A stretch of DNA of 64,000 nucleotides, from the NCBI GenBank assembly GCA_946539555.1, contig CAMNHN010000001.1:1806-65805 (forward strand), read 5' to 3'. The notes beneath the pieces are model-generated. The model made no database searches and was not told where the DNA came from. It was given only the letters and a program-made list of their open reading frames with translations. The stretch comes from an uncultured Mollicutes bacterium (GTDB lineage Bacteria > Bacillota_I > Bacilli_A > RFN20 > CAG-826). A program made the position numbers and the translations under genes. Shown here piece after piece: positions 18,853 to 25,930 of this stretch (positions are counted from its first letter, which is position 1; the number at the start of each line of letters is the position of its first letter).

Positions 18853-19157
18853 TAAAACATCATTCCTCCTTTGGAATTTTGTTGGAATTTTTGAGCTAAT
18901 GCATCTTCAGCATCGTTGATTTGATCTCTTGCGCCTTCATAAGCAAGTTTAATCATATCTGCAACCATTTCAGCATCATCTTTAAGAAGTTCAGGATCTA
19001 AAAATTCTAAAGAAACCATTTCTAAGTTTCCTTTTAAAACAATTTTAACAGCACCATTAGCTGTATATTCAAATTCTGTTTCTTCAAGAATTTTGTGTTC
19101 TTTTTCATATTGTCTTTGCATTTTTTGCATTGCTTGGACCATTTGTTGCATATTCAT
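18852..19157 (-). CDS. ybaB: YbaB/EbfC nucleoid-associated protein
   Basis: 101 aa, with MNMQQMVQAMQKMQ...GGMMF typical of YbaB, located between dnaX and recR. Confidence 0.9.
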   Translation of the reverse strand: MNMQQMVQAMQKMQRQYEKEHKILEETEFEYTANGAVKIVLKGNLEMVSLEFLDPELLKDDAEMVADMIKLAYEGARDQINDAEDALAQKFQQNSKGGMMF

Positions 19158-19172
19158 AAAAATTTTTCCTCC

Positions 19173-20855
19173 TTAGAACAATTTTTTATCTTCAATATCT
19201 TTTTTGTTTGGAAGTTTTCCGACTTCTTCAAGGTTTCTATATGATTTTAAAAGTGTAGTATAAGCATCTCTATTAAGTGCATAAACGCATACTTTTCTAC
19301 CCAACAATTTTTTAATAGTTTTAGCTAAACCATCTTGGTTTTCAATAATGTTAGCGCGAGTAGCAGGAACTTTTAAATCATAAACTAAAACAAGGTTTGA
19401 ATTTGTGACAATAAGTGGTTTACCTTGTGCAAGAAGCGCTGCATAAGGGCCATCGGTTGGGTCATTAACTAAATTCATAAGTTGAGGCCATCTTTCAATT
19501 AAAGATGCTCTTTCTTGTTTGTTGGAAATAATTGTTAAATTTAATAATTCTTGTAAATCAACTTCATGGGAATCACCTTCAATTTTAATTGGTGATAAAT
19601 CCAAACTCTTATTAGAAATTTTAAATTCTGGTTGAGGAGCAGGAGTTTCAACAACATTTTGTTGAGGTTCTGCAGGCTTTTCGACAACTTGATGGGTTGG
19701 ATTTGAAAATTGAATCGATGAAAAAGATTGTTTTTGTGGAACGCTTGCTTCTTGTTTTGTAGTTTGAAGAGCATTTCCATTAATCGCTTTCATAATCTTT
19801 AACAAATAAATTTCAAATAAGAAACCTGGATTGTTTGTAGTCTTAAATTCGTTTTGACAAGATAGTAAAAGGTCAATGGTCTTTTCAATTTCAGCATCAT
19901 TAAAAGAAATAATTAATTTTTTAGCGTCTTCATAATTTGATGAAGTAATTAAATTAACATTTCTAGTTTTTGAATAAACTAAGGCATCTTTTAATAAATC
20001 CAAAAGTTCATTAACAAGTCTAGAAAGATCGATGTTTCTATTTAAATAATCTTCATATTTTGTTACGACTTTTAAAGTATCGTTTTGCTTAAGTGAAGAA
20101 AGAAGTTCGATTTTTTCTTCTCTAGTTGTTAAACCAAACATTTTAATAATGTCTTGTTCTTCAATTTTGTTTCCTGAAAATGAAATGATTTGATCTAAAA
20201 GTGATAAAGAATCACGTGCACCACCATTTGCTAATTCAACAATTAAATTGAGAGCGGTTTCAGAGCATGTAACATTTTCAGCATTTAATACTCTAATAAG
20301 TAATTTCTTAAGATCATTATCAGAAATTTTCTTAAAATCATATCTTTGACAACGGCTCAAAATTGTAGGTAAAAGCTTATAAGGTTCTGTAGTACATAAA
20401 ATGAAAACAACATATGATGGTGGTTCTTCTAAAGTCTTTAAAAGTGCATTAAATGCGCTGTTAGTCATCATATGAACTTCATCGATTATATAAACTTTAT
20501 ATCTCCCTTTAATTGGAGCATATTTTACTTTTTCAATTAAATTTCTAACTTCATCAACACCAGAATTACTTGCAGCGTCGATTTCAATAACATCTGGATG
20601 AGAACCATCACTAATTTCTTCACAATTTGCACAATTGTTACAGATGTGACCAATGCCTTCTTCACAATTTAAAGCTTTTGCAAAAAGTCTAGCTACACTA
20701 GTTTTACCAGTGCCTCTAGGTCCGCTAAAAAGATAAGCATGTGAAATCTTTTGAAGCGATAATGCGTTCATTAAGGTTGTTTTAATGGCTTCTTGGCCAA
20801 CTAATTCATCAAAATTTTTACTTCTATATTTTCTATAAAGGGCTAAATACGACAT
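19173..20855 (-). CDS. dnaX: DNA polymerase III subunit gamma/tau
   Basis: Walker A GPRGTGKTS, zinc module CNNCANCEEI, and a DnaX C-terminal domain. Confidence 0.95.
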   Translation of the reverse strand: MSYLALYRKYRSKNFDELVGQEAIKTTLMNALSLQKISHAYLFSGPRGTGKTSVARLFAKALNCEEGIGHICNNCANCEEISDGSHPDVIEIDAASNSGVDEVRNLIEKVKYAPIKGRYKVYIIDEVHMMTNSAFNALLKTLEEPPSYVVFILCTTEPYKLLPTILSRCQRYDFKKISDNDLKKLLIRVLNAENVTCSETALNLIVELANGGARDSLSLLDQIISFSGNKIEEQDIIKMFGLTTREEKIELLSSLKQNDTLKVVTKYEDYLNRNIDLSRLVNELLDLLKDALVYSKTRNVNLITSSNYEDAKKLIISFNDAEIEKTIDLLLSCQNEFKTTNNPGFLFEIYLLKIMKAINGNALQTTKQEASVPQKQSFSSIQFSNPTHQVVEKPAEPQQNVVETPAPQPEFKISNKSLDLSPIKIEGDSHEVDLQELLNLTIISNKQERASLIERWPQLMNLVNDPTDGPYAALLAQGKPLIVTNSNLVLVYDLKVPATRANIIENQDGLAKTIKKLLGRKVCVYALNRDAYTTLLKSYRNLEEVGKLPNKKDIEDKKLF

Positions 20856-20878
20856 AACTCAATTATACACGAGATAAA

Positions 20879-20897
20879 CAATTACTTAAAGTAATTG
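20879..20897. promoter_or_regulatory. Perfect 9-bp inverted repeat CAATTACTT-A-AAGTAATTG in the dnaX/prfA divergent promoter region
   Basis: Seen directly. It lies 24 bp upstream of the dnaX start and is a candidate operator. No SRP-RNA-like sequence is present here. Confidence 0.4.
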
Positions 20898-21001
20898 AGA
20901 GGAAGAATTTAGGAAAATTTTTAATGCCCATCTTCACTAGTAATTTATATTAAACTTATATAATATTTTTGATATAATTCTTTTTTGTAAGAGGACGTTT
21001 T

Positions 21002-22087
21002 ATGGACAAAAGCATGTTTGATAGACTTAACACAAGTGAAAAAAGACTTCATGAAATTGATGATCTTTTACTTTTGCCTGAAACGACAAATGATATGCGT
21101 GAGTTTAAAAAACTCAGTAAAGAAAGAAGCATTCTTGAACCAATTGTAGAAAAATTTGACGAATGGAAATATGCAGATCAAAACAAAAAAGATGCTCTTG
21201 AAATGTGTAACGATTCTGACCCAGAAATTTCTCAAATGGGCAAAGATGAATTAAAAAAGAATGAGCAATTATTAGAAAGTATCGAAGCAGAACTTAAAAT
21301 TTTACTTATTCCAAAAGACCCTAACGATGGGAAAGATATCATTTTTGAAATTAAAGGTGCAGTCGGAGGAGATGAAGCAAATATTTTTGCTGGTGACCTC
21401 TTTAGAATGTATACAAGATATTGTGAAACAAAAGGATGGAAATATAAAATTGTCGATGAATCACCAACTGGTTTAGGTGGCTATTCTTATGTTCAATTTG
21501 TTGTTTCCGGAGATGATGCTTATTCAAGATTAAAATTTGAAAGTGGCGTTCACAGAGTACAAAGAGTGCCAAAAACCGAGGCTAATGGTAGAATTCATAC
21601 TTCAACAGCAACAGTAGTTGTTATGCCTCAAGTTGAAACAGCTGATGTTAATATTAATACAGCCGATTTAAGAGTTGATAGATATAGATCACAAGGTGCA
21701 GGCGGACAAAACGTCAATAAAACTGAGTCTGCAGTAAGAATTACACATATTCCAACTGGAATTGTTGTTTCTTGTCAAACTGAAAAATCACAAATTCAAA
21801 ACCATGAAATTTGTATGCAAATGTTAGCAAGCAAACTTGCTCAACTTGAAGAAGATAAAAAAGCTGAAACAGAAGCTCAATATAGAAGCAAAATCGGTAG
21901 TGGTGATAGAAACGAAAAAATTAGAACATACAATTATCCACAAAATCGTGTGACAGATCACAGAATTGGTTTTTCAATTTTACAATTAGATAGAGTAGTT
22001 GATGGAGATCTTGACCCAATAATTGATGCACTTATTAATTACGATCAAGAACAAAAGATTGCTGGAAATGAAAAAGGCATTAACTAA
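21002..22087 (+). CDS. prfA: Peptide chain release factor 1
   Basis: [23 protein letters not shown] (GGQ motif) and a PxT-type tripeptide region (RVPKTEANGRIHTS). Confidence 0.9.
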   Translation: MDKSMFDRLNTSEKRLHEIDDLLLLPETTNDMREFKKLSKERSILEPIVEKFDEWKYADQNKKDALEMCNDSDPEISQMGKDELKKNEQLLESIEAELKILLIPKDPNDGKDIIFEIKGAVGGDEANIFAGDLFRMYTRYCETKGWKYKIVDESPTGLGGYSYVQFVVSGDDAYSRLKFESGVHRVQRVPKTEANGRIHTSTATVVVMPQVETADVNINTADLRVDRYRSQGAGGQNVNKTESAVRITHIPTGIVVSCQTEKSQIQNHEICMQMLASKLAQLEEDKKAETEAQYRSKIGSGDRNEKIRTYNYPQNRVTDHRIGFSILQLDRVVDGDLDPIIDALINYDQEQKIAGNEKGIN

Positions 22088-22943
22088 TCGAGAATTATTT
22101 TTCTTAGCAAAAAATAGAATTAAAAATGAAAATAAAAATATATCTGATAATGAAATTTATCTAATTTTAGAGTACGTAAATAACTACCAAAATTATACTG
22201 AAATAGTACTAAATTTCGACAAAATATGTGAGAATTGCAGGCTTTTTGAAAATCTGCTAGAAAAATTAATTTCTGGAAAACCTATTCAATATTTATTAAA
22301 TGAAGCACAATTTTTAAATTTTAGTTTATATGTTGATGAAAATGTTTTGATTCCTAGACCTGAAACAGAAGGACTTGTTTTAAAAACAATTTCTTATATA
22401 AAAAATCTAAAACTAAATCACCAAAACATCGTTGATGTTTGTACTGGAAGTGGGGCAATTGTGATTTCTTTAAAAAATGAATTTAAAAACGCTGAAGTTT
22501 TTGCAACTGATATTCATAAAGAGTGTATTAATGTGGCTAGAAAAAATTCAGAGAAATTCGATCTAAAAATTAATTTTTTATTAGGCGATAAAGTTGAACC
22601 GTTGAAGAGTTTAAACGATAAATTTGATATTTTGATTTCAAATCCTCCATATGTAGAAAATGCCGATGATATCGAAGAAAAAGTGAAAAATTATGAACCT
22701 TATGATGCGGTATTTATTAAAGATGGAACAGAGTTTTATGAATCCTACTTTAAAAATTATAAAGAGATTATGAATGATGAATTTTTCATGGCTTTTGAAA
22801 TTAATTATGATCAAGAAGAAAAATTAACTGAATTAATTAAAAAATATTTTGATAAAAATATTAGATATAAATTTGAAAAAGATATCTATAATTTAAATAG
22901 ATACTTGTTTATTTTAAGTGGATATGAAGACAGAAGTTTTTAA
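22068..22943 (+). CDS. prmC: Release-factor glutamine N5-methyltransferase
   Basis: ISNPPY motif and SAM-binding DVCTGSGAI. The chosen start ATG 22068 (MKKALTN) overlaps the prfA end by 20 nt. Confidence 0.85.
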   Translation: MKKALTNRELFFLAKNRIKNENKNISDNEIYLILEYVNNYQNYTEIVLNFDKICENCRLFENLLEKLISGKPIQYLLNEAQFLNFSLYVDENVLIPRPETEGLVLKTISYIKNLKLNHQNIVDVCTGSGAIVISLKNEFKNAEVFATDIHKECINVARKNSEKFDLKINFLLGDKVEPLKSLNDKFDILISNPPYVENADDIEEKVKNYEPYDAVFIKDGTEFYESYFKNYKEIMNDEFFMAFEINYDQEEKLTELIKKYFDKNIRYKFEKDIYNLNRYLFILSGYEDRSF

Positions 22944-23529
22944 AAAAGAAGATTTAAAAAATGCTAGTGAAGTTTTAAAAAGAGGTGGTGTTTTAGCTTT
23001 TCCAACTGAAACCGTTTTTGGGTTAGGTGTAATCGCCAACAGTGAAAAAGCCTGCAAAAACCTCATAAAAGTTAAAAATAGAAGGCCTGATAAGCCTTTT
23101 ACTATTATGTGTTCAAGTATTTCACAAGTTGAAAACATAATTGAAATAAATGATTTAACTAGAAAAATATTAGATAAGTTTACTCCAGGGCCTATAACTT
23201 TAATATTAAAAGCAAAGAAAGAAGTTGAACATTATTTAGATTTAGGAAGCGGATTTGTTGGTGTAAGAATTCCTGATGATGAAACAGTTTTAAAATTAAT
23301 TGATGAAGTTGGTTTACCTTTACTTGTTCCAAGTGCAAACCCATCCGATTTACCTCCAGCAAGAAGCACAAAAGAGGTGTTAGATTATTTTGATGGAAAA
23401 ATTGATGGCGTGATTGAAGGTGAAACAAATAAATCTAACCCATCTACTATAATAAAGATAGATGAAAATGATATTATATTAATAAGAAAAGGACCTATAT
23501 CATTAGAACAAATCAAAGGAGCTTTATAA
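22918..23529 (+). CDS. tsaC: L-threonylcarbamoyladenylate synthase (YrdC-only TsaC type)
   Basis: GGVLAFPTETVFGLGV and a KVKNRRPDKPF-type motif. The 203-aa length is consistent with TsaC rather than Sua5. Confidence 0.85.
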   Translation: MDMKTEVFKKEDLKNASEVLKRGGVLAFPTETVFGLGVIANSEKACKNLIKVKNRRPDKPFTIMCSSISQVENIIEINDLTRKILDKFTPGPITLILKAKKEVEHYLDLGSGFVGVRIPDDETVLKLIDEVGLPLLVPSANPSDLPPARSTKEVLDYFDGKIDGVIEGETNKSNPSTIIKIDENDIILIRKGPISLEQIKGAL

Positions 23530-23531
23530 AA

Positions 23532-23969
23532 ATGAAAGTTGTTGTTGGATCAGATCATGGTGGTTTTGCTTATAAGACAGAAATTACAAAGCATCTAGAA
23601 GATTTAGGATATGAAGTAATGGACGTTGGAACATATTCTAGCGATAGTTGTAATTATGCCGAATACGGAATTGAAGCAGCTCAACTTGTTAGTAAAGGTG
23701 AAGCAGATTATGGAATTTTAATTTGCAATACTGGTGAAGGAATTTCAATGGCAGCTAATAAAATCAAAGGCGTTAGATGTGGAATAGGTTATGATGATGA
23801 AGTTGTCGCCTTCACAAGAAAGCACAATAATGCAAATATGATTTCATTTGGCGCTAACTTCATGAAGCTTGAAGATGTTTTAAGAAGAATTGATATATTT
23901 TTGCATACCGAATTTGAAGGTGGGCGCCACGAAAAGCGTGTTCAAACAATAATTGATGCAGAAAAATAA
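23532..23969 (+). CDS. rpiB: Ribose-5-phosphate isomerase B
   Basis: MKVVVGSDHGGFAYK...ICNTGEGISMAANK is the RpiB/LacAB signature. Confidence 0.9.
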   Translation: MKVVVGSDHGGFAYKTEITKHLEDLGYEVMDVGTYSSDSCNYAEYGIEAAQLVSKGEADYGILICNTGEGISMAANKIKGVRCGIGYDDEVVAFTRKHNNANMISFGANFMKLEDVLRRIDIFLHTEFEGGRHEKRVQTIIDAEK

Positions 23970-24016
23970 ATGTTTTGTTAAATTTAGAACAAAAAATTGA
24001 ATTATTTTAAAAAAAG

Positions 24017-24066
24017 TCGGAAGAAATGACACCCTGCTCCCTTTGTATTAGTGAAGGGAGTTTTTT
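24017..24066 (+). repeat. Copy A of a roughly 50-nt repeated element: TCGGAAGAAAT-N9-G-CTCCCTT-tgtattagtg-AAGGGAG-TTTTTT. The hairpin sequesters an AAGGGAG Shine-Dalgarno sequence.
   Basis: 45 of 50 nt identical to 52972..53021. A 7-bp stem pairs CTCCCTT with AAGGGAG, and the start position is exactly 7 nt after the SD. TTGAAT sits 14 nt upstream of TCGGAAGAAAT in both copies. Confidence 0.7.
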
Positions 24067-25212
24067 ATCGAATTTGTTTGCGAATTATGTGGCAATAAAG
24101 AAACAAAGTATTTAGGCCTTAAAAACGGAAAAGTGTATTGTCGAAGATGCATTTCCTTTTGTGGTGAAGAAGGTGACGACTCTTTATTTGAAAGAAAATT
24201 CAAAGGAGAATCAAAACTTAACTATAAGCTATCAAAAGATCAAGACGAAATCGCTTCAAGGACCTTAGAATCTATTATTAATCATAAAAATGTTTTAATT
24301 CATGCAGTTTGTGGAGCTGGAAAAACTGAACTTGTTTATAAAAGCATAAATTATGGTTTAAAAAATAGATGGAGAATCGGCTTTGCAATACCTCGAAGAG
24401 ATGTCGTCATTGAACTTTCAAAGCGCCTACAAAATGCATTTTCGCAATATATTGTTACTTCGATTTTTGGAGGAAATACCAATCTTTTATCTGGAGATAT
24501 TTTGTGTTTAACAACGCATCAACTATTTAGATTTAAGAATTATTTTGACCTTTTAATATTAGATGAAATTGATGCTTTTCCTTATAAAGGGAATTATGTT
24601 TTAAATGAAATTTTTAAACGTAGCGTAAGAGGAAATTACATTTTGATGAGTGCAACTCCCTCTGAAAATCTTCTTTTAGAATTTAAAAATGATGAAGATA
24701 AAACCCTTTTAGAATTACATACAAGGTATCATAAGCAACCAATTCCTGTGCCTCAAATAAAGATTAATCTAAAGGTAATTTTACCTTTATTAATTCTAAA
24801 AAAGTTGAAGCAGTTTATTAAAGAAGACAAGCAAACTTTTATCTTTTGCCCAACGATTGAAGAATGCGAAAACCTATACTATTTTCTTAAAAACTTTGCA
24901 AAACAAGGGTTTTTCGTTCATTCTAAATGCAAAGATAGGAGCGAGAGGATTGAAGATTTTAGAAAAGGTAAATACAAATATTTAGTTACGACTGCAGTTT
25001 TAGAAAGGGGTGTGACCGTTAAAAATTTACAAGTTATTATCTACAATTCATCAAGTGAAATTTATTCAAAAGAAGCATTAATTCAAATTTCAGGAAGGGT
25101 AGGGAGGGTGTTAGGTGCAACAGATGGAGAAATCATTTATTACGCAGAAAGGAAAAGTGAGGCAATGGTTCAGTCAATTAAAGAAATTGAGTACGAAAAC
25201 ACATTTCTGTAA
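24067..25212 (+). CDS. comFA: ComFA-like DEAD/DEAH helicase (competence protein FA) with an N-terminal Cys4 zinc finger; start codon uncertain (ATC 24067 or GTG 24133)
   Basis: Walker A AVCGAGKTE, DEID box LILDEIDAF, and helicase C motifs. The conserved ComFA zinc finger CELCGNKETKYLGLKNGKVYCRRC lies in frame upstream of the track's GTG 24133 start. The frame opens after TGA 24052-54, and the only initiator-like codon is ATC 24067, at the position where the paralogous repeat copy has ATG. Confidence 0.75.
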   Translation: MEFVCELCGNKETKYLGLKNGKVYCRRCISFCGEEGDDSLFERKFKGESKLNYKLSKDQDEIASRTLESIINHKNVLIHAVCGAGKTELVYKSINYGLKNRWRIGFAIPRRDVVIELSKRLQNAFSQYIVTSIFGGNTNLLSGDILCLTTHQLFRFKNYFDLLILDEIDAFPYKGNYVLNEIFKRSVRGNYILMSATPSENLLLEFKNDEDKTLLELHTRYHKQPIPVPQIKINLKVILPLLILKKLKQFIKEDKQTFIFCPTIEECENLYYFLKNFAKQGFFVHSKCKDRSERIEDFRKGKYKYLVTTAVLERGVTVKNLQVIIYNSSSEIYSKEALIQISGRVGRVLGATDGEIIYYAERKSEAMVQSIKEIEYENTFL

Positions 25213-25849
25213 AATTTGCTTCAATGAAATTTCTTCAAAGAGCATCCATCATTTATTTAACAATGTGGATTTATGTAGTAAATGTTTTTATTCGATGAAA
25301 CCGATTTTTAAAGATTTTAAAATCTCGGGATGTAAAGCCTTAGCTCTTTATCATTATGATGAAGGAATGAGGAGTAAAATTTATCAAATGAAGGGATGCG
25401 GAGATGTCGAACTTGCTCAAATTTTTGTTAAGCCATATTCTTTAGAACTAAATTTAAGATATTTTGGCTACACAATGATCTGTTTACCTTCCTATGAAGA
25501 AGATTATAAAAAAAGAGGTTTTAAGCATGTTGATGAGATGTTTTCATGCTTGAAACTTAAAAAATGCGATTGTTTAGTTAAAAGCGAACATCATAAACAA
25601 TCTGATCAATCCTTTAAAAAAAGAAGCGAAATTGAAAAATACATTTTCATTAAAGGAGAACCGAATTTAAAGGGAAAGAAAGTTTTATTAGTAGATGATA
25701 TTTGTACAACTGGGTCAACATTAAAAGCCGCAATAAATTTGGTTAAAAAATTAAATCCTAAGAAAATTGAAGTTTTAGTTGTTGCAAAAAGAGATTTTAC
25801 AAAGAAAGAGATTAAAGAAATCTCAAATTATATCGATGTTTTGAAATAG
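25115..25849 (+). CDS. comFC: ComFC (phosphoribosyltransferase-domain competence protein)
   Basis: N-terminal zinc finger CKICFNEIS...CSKC and PRT motif VLLVDDICTTGSTL. The true start is probably an internal TTG or GTG (25156 or 25193), since the ATG 25115 overlaps comFA by 98 nt. Confidence 0.8.
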   Translation: MQQMEKSFITQKGKVRQWFSQLKKLSTKTHFCKICFNEISSKSIHHLFNNVDLCSKCFYSMKPIFKDFKISGCKALALYHYDEGMRSKIYQMKGCGDVELAQIFVKPYSLELNLRYFGYTMICLPSYEEDYKKRGFKHVDEMFSCLKLKKCDCLVKSEHHKQSDQSFKKRSEIEKYIFIKGEPNLKGKKVLLVDDICTTGSTLKAAINLVKKLNPKKIEVLVVAKRDFTKKEIKEISNYIDVLK

Positions 25850-25864
25850 TCTATTTGACAAAAA

Positions 25865-25897
25865 AGAATTAAAATTCTTTATTGTCACGAGGCTTAA
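25865..25897 (+). promoter_or_regulatory. AU-rich 14-bp near-perfect hairpin/palindrome upstream of secA (TTGACAAAAAAGAATT-AA-AATTCTTTATTGTCA)
   Basis: Seen directly. No U-tract follows it. It contains the -35-like hexamers TTGACA and TTGTCA, and TAGAAT lies downstream. It could act as an operator, an attenuator, or a processing site. Confidence 0.35.
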
Positions 25898-25930
25898 TGA
25901 TAGAATATTTAAAGTTTTATAGGTGATTTT

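Noticed and set aside
20856-21001. Possible SRP RNA (scr/ffs) upstream of dnaX, as in Bacillus
   Set aside because: The 146-bp AT-rich leader is too short and lacks the conserved domain IV GGAA/GNRA-rich helix sequence.
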